The notes: generated by a model from the sequence alone, not told the origin. A DNA stretch of 56,627 bases from a virus (IMGVR_UViG_3300027732_000025:1-56627); one strand, 5' to 3'. Positions 1 to 9,676 are shown, counted from the stretch's first letter. Translations and numbers: made by a program.

Positions 1-880
1 TTTGTGAAGAAGTTATTTGCCAACGACCACCACCAGTTGTTGGCTTTTTATTGCCTACTAAGCCATTTCCAACCCAAGATTCTGAAACAGGTAAAATAGG
101 GTCAGAAGTCAAACGAATTATAAGAGAACCTTCACGTACTCGCAACAATACTATCGGTCCGCGAACGTTGGTAAATGAACCTGAAACCTCAGTCTCAATA
201 GTAGGAGCTGTAGTGCTACTGCCAGATGTAACTACACTGTACGCGGCAAATCCACCAATGTCGCTTCCTAGAGCTGTATCTGGCTCTCGAAGTTCGGTTG
301 CTGTATCAAATAAAGCACCTGTAGACGTGATCGAATGAAGGGAAAATTGATTTGGGGTAGTTACATCAGTCGGGATGCACATCGCCCAGATAGCAAGGTC
401 TCCTGCTTGAAAATTAGTCGCAGTCGCGTCGTCAGTCAGAGCAACTGAGAGAAATCCAGTTGGTTCGACAGTATTCTGGCCACTTGCAGAACCATAAACT
501 AATGTATTCTCACCAGAAGGAATTCGGACAATAAATGCCCAAAGTACATTAGAGACTGTATCAGTATAAAAACTAGCTGAGCCAGTCTGTCCTGTAACTG
601 GTGTGTCCCAAGAGAAAACTCTAAGATTAGTATTTCCAGTATCTATACCAGGAACTGCGGTGTAGCCGCCTCCCTGATAGAATTCACCTCTTTTTGTCCA
701 TCCAGATGGAGGGTTTACTTCACCTACGTTAACCTCGCCCTCAGTTCCTAGACTTGGTTTTTGACCTGTAAACATCAGCACTACATCAGTGCTTTGGATG
801 CCAGCCGGATAAACCGGATTCACCAGCGTGCCGCCTGCTCTATAAAAAACAGTACCTGCTACTGGAGTGCCGAATGCCAC
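1..880 (-). CDS. virion structural/tail-associated protein, runs off window edge
   Basis: Not in the ORF track. GTG at 880 after an AGAGG RBS; frame open to the edge (MAFGTPVAGTVFYRAGG...); G/T/S-rich like neighbouring genes. Confidence 0.65.
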   Translation of the reverse strand, partial: MAFGTPVAGTVFYRAGGTLVNPVYPAGIQSTDVVLMFTGQKPSLGTEGEVNVGEVNPPSGWTKRGEFYQGGGYTAVPGIDTGNTNLRVFSWDTPVTGQTGSASFYTDTVSNVLWAFIVRIPSGENTLVYGSASGQNTVEPTGFLSVALTDDATATNFQAGDLAIWAMCIPTDVTTPNQFSLHSITSTGALFDTATELREPDTALGSDIGGFAAYSVVTSGSSTTAPTIETEVSGSFTNVRGPIVLLRVREGSLIIRLTSDPILPVSESWVGNGLVGNKKPTTGGGRWQITSSQ

Positions 881-892
881 AATGCGCCTCTT

Positions 893-1276
893 TTATGTAG
901 GCTGATTACTTGTATAAGTAAGAGCAGGGAAATTAATGGTATTACCAGATGTAATTACTTGGTCAGATGTTTCATCGGTAACCCAAATAACTTCAGAGCT
1001 ACCATTAGTAAAAGCCAAATGCAGGTTAGGTGTAGCACCAGAACCTACAGATGCTGTAGCTGTTTTGCCTGAAGCAATAGTCAAAATTCTACTAAGACCT
1101 GAAGACGATAGCGTATAGTCACCACTCACCATTGCTACTTCACCAACACTATTACCAATAACAGTAGCGTATGAATCACTAACAGTATATGCTTTGATCA
1201 AAAGCATTTTACTAGCATTAGTTTTAATGTAGTTTAGACCGCTATCTAATACATTAGGGCTTACAAATTTAGCCAT
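893..1276 (-). CDS. putative virion structural protein
   Basis: 127 aa S/T/G-rich ORF in a tightly packed late operon. Confidence 0.55.
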   Translation of the reverse strand: MAKFVSPNVLDSGLNYIKTNASKMLLIKAYTVSDSYATVIGNSVGEVAMVSGDYTLSSSGLSRILTIASGKTATASVGSGATPNLHLAFTNGSSEVIWVTDETSDQVITSGNTINFPALTYTSNQPT

Positions 1277-1288
1277 GTTATTTATTCT

Positions 1289-1549
1289 TTAAGTCAGAGT
1301 ACCAACAATCTCACCAGTAGCAATAAAGTGCTCACAAATCTTTGTGGTTAAATTAGTACGAATACTGCTGCCGTCCGTAATAGTAGAATTAAGAATTGCA
1401 GCGGTCTCGGTTTCTGGTACTTGTAGATTTAAGTCAAAACTAGTAATATCGTCTACTACTACTTTAAAGGTACAGCCTAAAGAACCATTTTCCATTACAG
1501 CTGCATTTACTAGTTCATAAACCGCATTAGTTGATCTTGTGATAGCCAT
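1289..1549 (-). CDS. hypothetical protein (tail accessory module)
   Basis: 86 aa ORF abutting its neighbours. Confidence 0.55.
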   Translation of the reverse strand: MAITRSTNAVYELVNAAVMENGSLGCTFKVVVDDITSFDLNLQVPETETAAILNSTITDGSSIRTNLTTKICEHFIATGEIVGTLT

Positions 1550-1552
1550 ATA

Positions 1553-3034
1553 TTACTCCCAACCGTATGTGAATGTAGCGTAGTTATCAATTGTTCCAGC
1601 AGTTGCAAGTGCACCTGCTACAATTCTTGCTCCTAGAATAATAAACTCGCCGGGATTTACGTAAACTGGTGCGTCACCAAAATCAATATACGTTCCGCCT
1701 GGTTGGTTTACTAGCAAACCAGCAGCTTGAGTGGCTACTGTTGTTTGATTAAATGTAGGAAGTGCAATTCTTCTAAATGCTTTTGCAGTTGCTCCCTCGG
1801 CCTGTGCCAAATTGAGAGAAGTACCACCAAAAGCTAAAAACCATGTTACTGCGTATCCGCCAGCAGCTAGTGTAGTTGTAACTATCGAACCCAGACCAAT
1901 GCCTCTTACTACCAATCTTCTACCTTGAATGCCAGTAAGGTTGGTAGTACCAAATGGTACTTGATATGAGAAAATAGGGTAGTCGAATGTTAGTGCACTA
2001 CTAGCTAAGTTCCAGCGAGACTGACCCCCTAAACCTGTAACCACTGCAGCAGTTTGAGTTGGTGACACAGATGTTGGCGCAGCGCTGTTTGCATATGCTG
2101 CGAGAGAACCCATTGTACCACCACTAAGACCTTGATATGATCCAAGTGTACGACTGCCAATTGCAGATGCTCTGTCTGCAATTGCTGGACCACCAATACT
2201 CACTGTCATATCAGATACGAACAAACTGAAGGTTGAACTCGGTACGCCTGTAACAGCATGACGAATTGCTAGTGGTAAAGCAGTGGAAATAAATGGCTGA
2301 CCTTGCGCGTCTGGAATTGTGGTTGTTGCGTATAGCTCATCATTGATCCAGAACTGCACATTGTTTTCACCTATAGCGATAAGAAAACTATAGCGTTTGT
2401 TGATTACAGGAGTCCAGTTTGCGCCTCCAGAAGCAACCACGAATGGAGAAGTTACTGTTTCTGCACCACCAAAGTTGATAACGCCAATAATACCAGAAGA
2501 TGTAACTCTGAAGTATGCTCCGTCAACAGGAGCATAAGGGTTTGTTGGAACCGCAGCAGTATTAATAGAAATAAATGCACCAAAGTCTGCGATAGTATTT
2601 GTTGGAAACGTTGACTGGTTGAACGCAACATTGTACTTAAAATAAGTAGTTGCAACTCCATGAAGTGGAAAGTATGCCCAACTAGCTACCAATGTTGAGT
2701 TATTTGCAACTGTAGCACCGGCACCACTGTTTGTTTGCAGACCATTTAAACTCCACGCATTTGTCATTCCGGTGTTGAAATAGCGGTGTTTTCCAGTGTT
2801 TTGTGCAGTGTAATTAAAAGTTTCTTGATCAAGAAAAGTTTCATGAGCAATGCGAATACGATAATCTCCATCTACTTCTGGAGATAAAAGAAGTCGTTCT
2901 CCTGTTACAATACCCGCATCATTCTCCGCAAAAAATACTAAATCACCAGTTGCATTGACTTTTAGTTCATTTGCGCTAGTGACTCCAGCAACAACACCCG
3001 ATGAATTATCTTTAATTACTGTATCTAATGCCAT
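1553..3034 (-). CDS. putative virion structural protein, beta-rich (possible lectin-like domain)
   Basis: 493 aa A/G/T/S-rich; AGGA RBS; late operon context. Confidence 0.55.
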   Translation of the reverse strand: MALDTVIKDNSSGVVAGVTSANELKVNATGDLVFFAENDAGIVTGERLLLSPEVDGDYRIRIAHETFLDQETFNYTAQNTGKHRYFNTGMTNAWSLNGLQTNSGAGATVANNSTLVASWAYFPLHGVATTYFKYNVAFNQSTFPTNTIADFGAFISINTAAVPTNPYAPVDGAYFRVTSSGIIGVINFGGAETVTSPFVVASGGANWTPVINKRYSFLIAIGENNVQFWINDELYATTTIPDAQGQPFISTALPLAIRHAVTGVPSSTFSLFVSDMTVSIGGPAIADRASAIGSRTLGSYQGLSGGTMGSLAAYANSAAPTSVSPTQTAAVVTGLGGQSRWNLASSALTFDYPIFSYQVPFGTTNLTGIQGRRLVVRGIGLGSIVTTTLAAGGYAVTWFLAFGGTSLNLAQAEGATAKAFRRIALPTFNQTTVATQAAGLLVNQPGGTYIDFGDAPVYVNPGEFIILGARIVAGALATAGTIDNYATFTYGWE

Positions 3035-3043
3035 AATTATTCC

Positions 3044-3337
3044 TTAGTCTGACCAAACGTAGCGCACGGTCCACGTCCCAGTTAATTTTTCTAACGATCT
3101 TGCATGAATGGTGAACCCAGTACCAGCAGTTGGTGTTCCACAAGTCAGCGAAGCAAAGTTCTCGAAGTATTTATGATCTGATGCAGTATGACTTGAACTT
3201 GTGTCATCTGCCATCACAAATGCATCGGCTTTGCTTGTCGCTGAGATTGCTGACTGACCTGTGACCGCAACACTGGCTTCATTAGAGCCAGGATGCGCGC
3301 CAAAGTTAATAGTAGCTGATCCAATACCAGTTGCCAT
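3044..3337 (-). CDS. putative virion structural protein
   Basis: 97 aa beta-rich ORF in the operon. Confidence 0.55.
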   Translation of the reverse strand: MATGIGSATINFGAHPGSNEASVAVTGQSAISATSKADAFVMADDTSSSHTASDHKYFENFASLTCGTPTAGTGFTIHARSLEKLTGTWTVRYVWSD

Positions 3338-3340
3338 TTA

Positions 3341-3985
3341 TTAGGACAGTGTAGTCGTGTAAGTTACGTTCAGCGTATCACCTGTTGAGACAGACTTAGC
3401 AACTCCACCGCCGTCGGTGAACAGACCTACTGAATATAGTTTAGCATTAGTAGTACCTGTGTCACTGATAGTTCCCAGTGCACCGACAGCTGATGCACTC
3501 ACAACAACAATGGCAACACCATGAACAGTAGCAGTACCAGTACCCAACGTACCAGTGGTGGCTGATGTTGTTGCTTTAACACCACTGGTTGTTCCACTGG
3601 CTGCTGAGAATGTAGGTGTGACGCGCGAAGCAATCATACTAGTATGTGTCGTCGCAGCTTTTCCGAGTTCTTCGTATGTGCCAGCAAAACTTGAATAGGT
3701 CGCTGAAGCATTTGCTGCAACGTTTGCTGTAATAATTGCCATACGGTAAAACATATTCACGTTAGTGGTGGCACCTGTACCAGCTCCAGCGGGGAATACA
3801 CTGTCAAGTAGGAATTTCTTACCTTCGCCAGTTACCAGGTTGTCAAATTCTTCTGTCCATTTAACTTCGCCATTTGGGCCAAGACATTCCATACGATAAC
3901 GACCAGATACAGACATTTGTTCAGAATGTCCGCTTCCGCGAGTAACTGAAGCACCAATTGTGTCTTTCGATTGTGTCAAGTTCAT
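3341..3985 (-). CDS. putative tail/fibre-associated protein
   Basis: 214 aa; W..EF.NLVT..G and GDTLNVTY motifs typical of tail accessory proteins; late promoter upstream. Confidence 0.55.
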   Translation of the reverse strand: MNLTQSKDTIGASVTRGSGHSEQMSVSGRYRMECLGPNGEVKWTEEFDNLVTGEGKKFLLDSVFPAGAGTGATTNVNMFYRMAIITANVAANASATYSSFAGTYEELGKAATTHTSMIASRVTPTFSAASGTTSGVKATTSATTGTLGTGTATVHGVAIVVVSASAVGALGTISDTGTTNAKLYSVGLFTDGGGVAKSVSTGDTLNVTYTTTLS

Positions 3986-4014
3986 ATTATTTCCTATAAA
4001 TTAAAGTAAGAGAT

Positions 4015-4047
4015 CGTTTTCTTATTTCTTATTTAGATAAGAAAACG
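4015..4047 (-). promoter_or_regulatory. T4-type late promoter (TCTAAATA) inside an 11-bp inverted repeat
   Basis: cgttttcttat (4015-4025) / ataagaaaacg (4037-4047) around TCTAAATA (4030-4037, minus strand). Confidence 0.55.
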
Positions 4048-4053
4048 TAGTGA

Positions 4054-4404
4054 TTAAGCCTTAGGCGAAATTAGTACCTGTCCATATAAAACCTTAACCT
4101 TCTTAGATTGAGATGTTACATAAACATTGTACACGTATCTTGGGTCGACTAGCAATGATGTATTAGTAGAAGTCATAGATAATACGATTTTACCATCTGC
4201 CCCACTGCCCAATAATGCAACAGTCAAGGCATAATCTTTCGTTGAGTTATAATACCTCTTCATAGAAGCAGTTACTGTCAACCCAGTTAGATCAATTGTA
4301 TTGCCTAACTGATCTTTAAGAGTTACGACGTTGTCGTAATCATCACCCTGATCGATGTATAGATCGAGTTCAGCTGATGCAAAATAATTAGTTAGAACTG
4401 TCAT
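4054..4404 (-). CDS. putative baseplate/tail accessory protein (Ig-like)
   Basis: L.IDQG....DLTG....RYVY.V....VL.G pattern common in T4-like aquatic phage virion proteins. Confidence 0.55.
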   Translation of the reverse strand: MTVLTNYFASAELDLYIDQGDDYDNVVTLKDQLGNTIDLTGLTVTASMKRYYNSTKDYALTVALLGSGADGKIVLSMTSTNTSLLVDPRYVYNVYVTSQSKKVKVLYGQVLISPKA

Positions 4405-4838
4405 TTCAAGTAACTCTTAATCATCCAACCGAACTTGGAGTGGATTTCCAATCTACTAGCAAGGTAATTTGCTAGCCCCTGCATATTTAGAGAATTTGCC
4501 ATTCCGAATGTTTCTGTTAGATTTTGTTGGATGGTCTCATTATCACGATCCAACTCAGCGAGCATACCAATTGGGTTACTGCCAGTAAGTTCGCCTTCCT
4601 CGATTGTCTTGAAATTATATAGTTCAGAAATCGAAGTCGGAGCATACTCACCGAGGATTCGAATTCTTTCTGCGATATCATCTACTGAGGTATGAGCATC
4701 CTCATAGATATCTTGTAAGAACTCATGGATCTGAGAGAATAAGACTCCCTCTACATTCCAATGAAATGCATGCGCTTTGTAGTAATAGAAGAATACATTG
4801 GCAAGCAACTTCTTCATTGATGTAGTTAATTCATTCAT
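4401..4838 (-). CDS. dps: Dps/ferritin-like DNA protection protein
   Basis: HWNVEG..F..IHEFL, D.IAERIR.LG and H.K..WM motifs. Confidence 0.9.
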   Translation of the reverse strand: MNELTTSMKKLLANVFFYYYKAHAFHWNVEGVLFSQIHEFLQDIYEDAHTSVDDIAERIRILGEYAPTSISELYNFKTIEEGELTGSNPIGMLAELDRDNETIQQNLTETFGMANSLNMQGLANYLASRLEIHSKFGWMIKSYLK

Positions 4839-6484
4839 TAGTCATGTCCCATCAACTTGCGCACTTTTTGCTTCCTGTGTGTCTCAGAAGATGATCCGAA
4901 TGTAGAGCCAACTTTATTCGTATCAGAAGCATCCTGTGGTGTTTCTTCTGGAGTTTCTGGTTTACCAAGAGTCAGATGCTTATCCAGTGATCTCTTTAAT
5001 TGATTGTAACCAAGAACTGCTTTCTCATTCTCATAATCAGTTGGGGTATTAATCGGAGCAGCCTCCTGCAACCCAACTGGAACTAGATTCTTTTCATACT
5101 TGATACCGACCTCATCTGCCAGATCAAGCATATTGCTGACGATAGAAAGCGAATCCTGCTTGAGATTCTTCTTTCTCATTGAGCGCAGTGCACTGTTGAC
5201 TAATGTCTCGGCATTGCTACCAGAGGAATCAACCCCAAGAGCATCAGCGATAATCTTGGCTACTTTTAGTTTATCACTCGGTTTAACGATTGGTGTTTCC
5301 ATACTTTCCGCCATTGGTTGTGATTCTATTTCTGCTAGTTGAACTAAAGACAGAAGTCCCTGTAGGTAATCTCTGTGGTGATCGAACTCACCAATACCAA
5401 TAAGACTGTCTCTGATCTTTGCGTAATGTTCCATTACTTTGGCATTTACCTGAGTATGATCACCTTCATGCTCACCGAGGTCAACAATCTTCTCGATATG
5501 CTGCATCATCTCATCGGTGTTTTGCATGGCACGAAGGATCCCTACTGCATCGCCGATCTTTCCTTCTTCGTAGCGACCAATTGTGGCCTGGTATGCCGAT
5601 ACTACATCATGGTTCTTAAGGAATGATTCAGAAGGATGGAATCCCTTGAAGGAAAATCCCATATCTTCATCTTCTGGTGATGCATATGGCATCTGGATAT
5701 CTTCGACGACCAGTGACTCAATGAACTTACGCTTCATATGCCCATTGATATCAGAGACTGTTACGTAATTGCTTCCACGATCGAGGATCTCGAAATACTC
5801 ATCGCCTTCTTTGACTACCTGCCCGACCAAGAAAGTCTGACCGAGGTAATATGCATTTCTTGCAGGACTTACTTGAATCGCCATCTCAGCTACGGACTTG
5901 ATGCCCATATGAGTACGCAGTTCCTGCATCAGTTTACGAGCATCTGGTTCTTTGATCGAATCCGGAACACCCTTTTTGAATGTCACGAAATCATTACTGG
6001 TCGCAGCTGCGCGCATCTTTGAGGCACTCATACCAGTGGCATCATCAGCATCCGGATCGCGCTCGCCAGCGGAGACTACCTTGATGGAATCGAAGTTGTA
6101 TTCAGTTCCATTGTATTTGCTCAGTAAAGACTCATAAGCAGGAACACGATCAGAACCAGCAACAAGAATCAGATTCTTATACTTGCCATCCTGTTCTTTT
6201 GCTGCTTCAATAACTGTGCGAATCTTGTCATCACAACCAACAAAATTTACTTGAGGAAATGCCTTCTTCGCCCAGAACAATTTCCGATCAATGGGAAGTG
6301 GGTTTTTCTTTTTGTCTTGTGTCTTTGTGATATACATCGCATGCTCTGCTTTATTAGCAGCAGCTGTCTTGCGAATTTTATCAAGCAAAAGTGCATGTCC
6401 ATTGGTGATCGGATTCAACCGACCAAAGCCAAGTACGATGGTTGATGATGCAACTTCTTGAATGAGTGATTTGTAATTTTTCAT
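4838..6484 (-). CDS. cytidylyltransferase-like (HIGH-family) nucleotidyltransferase with long C-terminal extension
   Basis: FGRLNPITNGH, GSDR and MSASKMR motifs; start moved to MKNYKSLIQE (6484) to avoid overlap. Confidence 0.8.
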   Translation of the reverse strand: MKNYKSLIQEVASSTIVLGFGRLNPITNGHALLLDKIRKTAAANKAEHAMYITKTQDKKKNPLPIDRKLFWAKKAFPQVNFVGCDDKIRTVIEAAKEQDGKYKNLILVAGSDRVPAYESLLSKYNGTEYNFDSIKVVSAGERDPDADDATGMSASKMRAAATSNDFVTFKKGVPDSIKEPDARKLMQELRTHMGIKSVAEMAIQVSPARNAYYLGQTFLVGQVVKEGDEYFEILDRGSNYVTVSDINGHMKRKFIESLVVEDIQMPYASPEDEDMGFSFKGFHPSESFLKNHDVVSAYQATIGRYEEGKIGDAVGILRAMQNTDEMMQHIEKIVDLGEHEGDHTQVNAKVMEHYAKIRDSLIGIGEFDHHRDYLQGLLSLVQLAEIESQPMAESMETPIVKPSDKLKVAKIIADALGVDSSGSNAETLVNSALRSMRKKNLKQDSLSIVSNMLDLADEVGIKYEKNLVPVGLQEAAPINTPTDYENEKAVLGYNQLKRSLDKHLTLGKPETPEETPQDASDTNKVGSTFGSSSETHRKQKVRKLMGHD

Positions 6485-6509
6485 TGTGGTTTGACAATCG
6501 ACGAATGTA

Positions 6510-7748
6510 TTATTTAGCCCAGCCTTTGACGATCTCTGGAGAGAAGTTATTCTGACTAAATTCAAATCTATCAATTAGTTTCACTGCCTCATTGTCGCTA
6601 TTGATAGCAACAAATCCCTCAGGCGAGGTTACCTTAAATCCACTGTTGGTCTTTACGAAGTGCTTCATACCACCAATCTGGTTCATCTTGGCAATAAGAA
6701 TACCCTTTAACTCATCAATCATATCAGCAACGAGGAAGATCTTTGCGATCTCTTTGTTCTCATGTTTCTTGAAATACTGAAGAACTCTTAATCGCTTTTC
6801 TTCTTGCGTAGCCTTACCTGCTGCGCTGGCTCTTTTCTCAATTTCTTTTTGATATCGATCATCAATAAACTTGGCGAATCCACTTGCTTTGTTAGCGGCC
6901 AACTCTGATCTGACATTCTGTTTGACCTTGGAGTTGATATAGATCAAGACCAGATCTAGTAGTTCTTTATCCTTATGGATTTCATTGAGCATTGTACCAT
7001 CGATGCTCTTGAATACTTTATCAATTCCACCAAGGAGAGTATCGACGTTTGCTTCCTCCGCTGGAGAAAGAGTCGCTACTGAAGATGCATCCTCAAAGGC
7101 AGCATCAACTGCCCAGATACTCTTGGTTTCTTTGAACTTCGGAACAATCTTATTACCGAAGTTCGCTGATAGGTTAGCGAACTCTGTTCCGGTGTATTCA
7201 GTATGGAAAGCAATGCCGACCTTAGCTGCTTGAATTTTGGCAGCAAGAGGAGAAGATACTGGTACGGCATAAACAATCGTATTCGGGTGGAAGCATACAT
7301 ACTGCTCACCATCAATTGTTTCTTTCTTTAGATCTGCTTTCGTAAACATCAGATCGCCCTGGAAGATTCCAGACTTGATGCCTAACTTAGGTAATTCCTT
7401 GAGTAGGATTGAGAACTTTTCTTTCAGATCACCATTTAGGTCAGCATCAATCTCAGCCTGTGTCTTATAGACCAGTGGGTTCTTATTGAAGATACCCTTC
7501 TTGGCAACGAAGAACTTTCCGTCAGTTGGATCGATGCCCATGAACACAGCAGGTGCTCCGTCGAACTTAACGGACATCTTGTTCTTTGTAATGTGAGAAG
7601 AGGGACTGCCCTTTAGGAAGTCCCTCAGATCGTGAAGATATGCAATGGCTTTACGCGTTCCTTCCACACCTTCGATAAAAGGCAGGTCGGCAATGTGCGT
7701 CATGTGGGCGTTCGTCGCCTCACTGATGTAGGTTCTAAAATCCAGCAT
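6510..7748 (-). CDS. conserved T4-like phage protein (DUF6267-like) with ligase-type nucleotidyltransferase motifs
   Basis: KFDG, QGDLMF, EGFV and VKL motifs in the order of ligase motifs I, III, IV, V. Confidence 0.65.
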   Translation of the reverse strand: MLDFRTYISEATNAHMTHIADLPFIEGVEGTRKAIAYLHDLRDFLKGSPSSHITKNKMSVKFDGAPAVFMGIDPTDGKFFVAKKGIFNKNPLVYKTQAEIDADLNGDLKEKFSILLKELPKLGIKSGIFQGDLMFTKADLKKETIDGEQYVCFHPNTIVYAVPVSSPLAAKIQAAKVGIAFHTEYTGTEFANLSANFGNKIVPKFKETKSIWAVDAAFEDASSVATLSPAEEANVDTLLGGIDKVFKSIDGTMLNEIHKDKELLDLVLIYINSKVKQNVRSELAANKASGFAKFIDDRYQKEIEKRASAAGKATQEEKRLRVLQYFKKHENKEIAKIFLVADMIDELKGILIAKMNQIGGMKHFVKTNSGFKVTSPEGFVAINSDNEAVKLIDRFEFSQNNFSPEIVKGWAK

Positions 7749-7751
7749 GGC

Positions 7752-7786
7752 AATCCATCAAAATAGTTCTCGATGGATTATTTAGA
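7752..7786 (-). promoter_or_regulatory. late promoter TCTAAATA overlapping an RBS-sequestering hairpin
   Basis: TCTAAATA at 7779-7786, then an AATCCATC/GATGGATT stem ending 3 nt before the ATG at 7748. Confidence 0.55.
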
Positions 7787-7790
7787 GTTC

Positions 7791-8378
7791 CTACAATCCT
7801 GCGATCCTATCTGCTAGTTTCAATGCCAGTGCCTCAGTTGGGGTCAGGTAGGTGTCCTGATTGCCGATCAACTTCTCAAGAATAACCTTCTCTGGCAGAC
7901 CAGTGCACTTCTTATACAAGTCAAGAATACGTTGGTGCGTAAAGTTCAGTTCCTTCTGAATGGCCAGAAGTTCATGGTGATTGCCGACAATTCCAGTTGA
8001 GTAGTTATGGCTCATTATCGTGCAGGTTGGAGTCAGAGTTCTAAACTGTTTCTGACCACTCATAAAGATCATCAGACCAGCTGAGCAAATATTACCCAAT
8101 GCTACCGTATGAACAGGAATAGCACTTCCTCGCATACATTCAATGATAGCGAATGCAGCATGTAGATCACCACCAACGCTATTGATCATCATAGTCAATG
8201 CCGCTGGCTTTTCTTCTGGATCTGTGGCCATATTTGACTCAAGAATCCATGCACAGATAACTGCCGAAATATCGATATCAATTTCGCCGAATAGCAACTG
8301 TACGGAATGATTCTCCGTATCGCCCTGTGATACGCGATCATCGTCCTTCTGTTTAGCTGTTTGTTTTCTAGTTGCCAT
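7791..8378 (-). CDS. clpP: ATP-dependent Clp protease proteolytic subunit
   Basis: INSVGG, CSAG (Ser), IMSH (His), QDTYLT..EA (Asp). Confidence 0.88.
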   Translation of the reverse strand: MATRKQTAKQKDDDRVSQGDTENHSVQLLFGEIDIDISAVICAWILESNMATDPEEKPAALTMMINSVGGDLHAAFAIIECMRGSAIPVHTVALGNICSAGLMIFMSGQKQFRTLTPTCTIMSHNYSTGIVGNHHELLAIQKELNFTHQRILDLYKKCTGLPEKVILEKLIGNQDTYLTPTEALALKLADRIAGL

Positions 8379-8868
8379 AATGATCCTTATATTTGTAGAA
8401 GTGGTGATTACCGATTTGCTTCGTCTTATTTAGGCCGCCCCAACCTTCTACTGTTTTGCTGTGGAAGAACAATGCGCCACCAGTGACATCATCTAATGAT
8501 TTAGTAACCACTGCAGAGAATGCAATGTCCTTTATCTTTGGGTCAATTACCTTTGGTAATATATTTGGTTTTCTGTCACAATTCCAACTGAACTGACAGG
8601 TACGTTTGTTCCTTTGCTTAATAACTGCGCATACGCTATCAGGAAACTTGCGATGTGCAGTTCTGTTCAGAATAACATTGGCTACTGCCTGGATTCCTAT
8701 GGCTGTTTCACCTCGAGCCTCGAAGTATAGAGCAGTGACCATACACTTGTACTCAGTGAGTAACTCATCTGATGGCCACTCTACATCTGGTGGTGTGGCA
8801 ATGCTTGCTGGTAACAGAGCTACCAACAAGAGCATTGCTATGAAGAAATACCTTACTACCGATACCAT
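8368..8868 (-). CDS. SleB-family cell wall hydrolase (Hydrolase_2) with N-terminal signal/anchor
   Basis: ALYFEARGE, AVANVILNR, CQFSW, IGNHHFY; probable start MVSVVRYFF at 8868. Confidence 0.88.
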   Translation of the reverse strand: MVSVVRYFFIAMLLLVALLPASIATPPDVEWPSDELLTEYKCMVTALYFEARGETAIGIQAVANVILNRTAHRKFPDSVCAVIKQRNKRTCQFSWNCDRKPNILPKVIDPKIKDIAFSAVVTKSLDDVTGGALFFHSKTVEGWGGLNKTKQIGNHHFYKYKDHYGN

Positions 8869-9098
8869 CGGGTCAGGTTTTGCCAGACTGTAGGTTTGGC
8901 TTCGACTATGTTCGACTTGAAGTGAACACCAGAATATCGGCAAAGAGAAAGTGAGGCACGCATTTCTTCAGCTGACTTATAGGTCGCTGAGCCATCGATC
9001 GGGGAATAGGCGATAACTGCCTGAGAATGGGTGCAGTTTCCCTTTGAATCGAACTTCTCGACTCGACGAAAGTGGATACAATCAATGCACAGATTCAT
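8856..9098 (-). CDS. small Cys-rich hypothetical protein
   Basis: CxxC...C...C pattern; coupled to neighbours. Confidence 0.55.
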   Translation of the reverse strand: MNLCIDCIHFRRVEKFDSKGNCTHSQAVIAYSPIDGSATYKSAEEMRASLSLCRYSGVHFKSNIVEAKPTVWQNLTRWYR

Positions 9099-9264
9099 TT
9101 TTCTTCTCGATACTAAAATAACTAATCAAGTTAGCTACTAAGATTATGGCTGACAGGATTGCGCTAAAAGTATCACCCTTTATGAACTGCTGAATCATAA
9201 CAACCAACATAACTGCTGCGCAAAAGATATTGATTGCAGGCAGGTATTTCATAAACATCTTCAT
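9082..9264 (-). CDS. small membrane protein
   Basis: two hydrophobic segments; ATGA coupling. Confidence 0.55.
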   Translation of the reverse strand: MKMFMKYLPAINIFCAAVMLVVMIQQFIKGDTFSAILSAIILVANLISYFSIEKKNESVH

Positions 9265-9470
9265 TTTTGCACCTCACACATTTTAGGGAGCCCATCCTGA
9301 CCGACAAGAGGGGTGATCGCAACACCGCGATCAGAATCAAGAATTACAAACGTCGTTCCTTCGATACACCGAATAGTAAACCCAGATACTGAAGATTCTA
9401 CCATCTGGTTAAACTTACCACAACCCGAAAGGAGCAGCGGAACACTAATGATGATCAACAATTTCTTCAT
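9261..9470 (-). CDS. putative lipoprotein
   Basis: signal peptide with lipobox LSGC. Confidence 0.65.
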   Translation of the reverse strand: MKKLLIIISVPLLLSGCGKFNQMVESSVSGFTIRCIEGTTFVILDSDRGVAITPLVGQDGLPKMCEVQK

Positions 9471-9478
9471 ATATTTCC

Positions 9479-9676
9479 TTAGATCGTTTCAAACAGAGCC
9501 TGGTACACTGACTCACGCACAGCTGTATCAGTCGACTCTTTATGCTTGGTGCTCACGCTGATGTAGTGCAGGTTATGCAGCACTTCTGGCCAAGCCAGTT
9601 TCTGGTCCCGAGCCTCTTCAACCATACGGTGAATGACGACATTACCAGCCTTCGTGTACATTGCGTATCTTTGCAT
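9479..9676 (-). CDS. early hypothetical protein
   Basis: GGAG RBS before MQRYAMYTKAG. Confidence 0.6.
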   Translation of the reverse strand: MQRYAMYTKAGNVVIHRMVEEARDQKLAWPEVLHNLHYISVSTKHKESTDTAVRESVYQALFETI

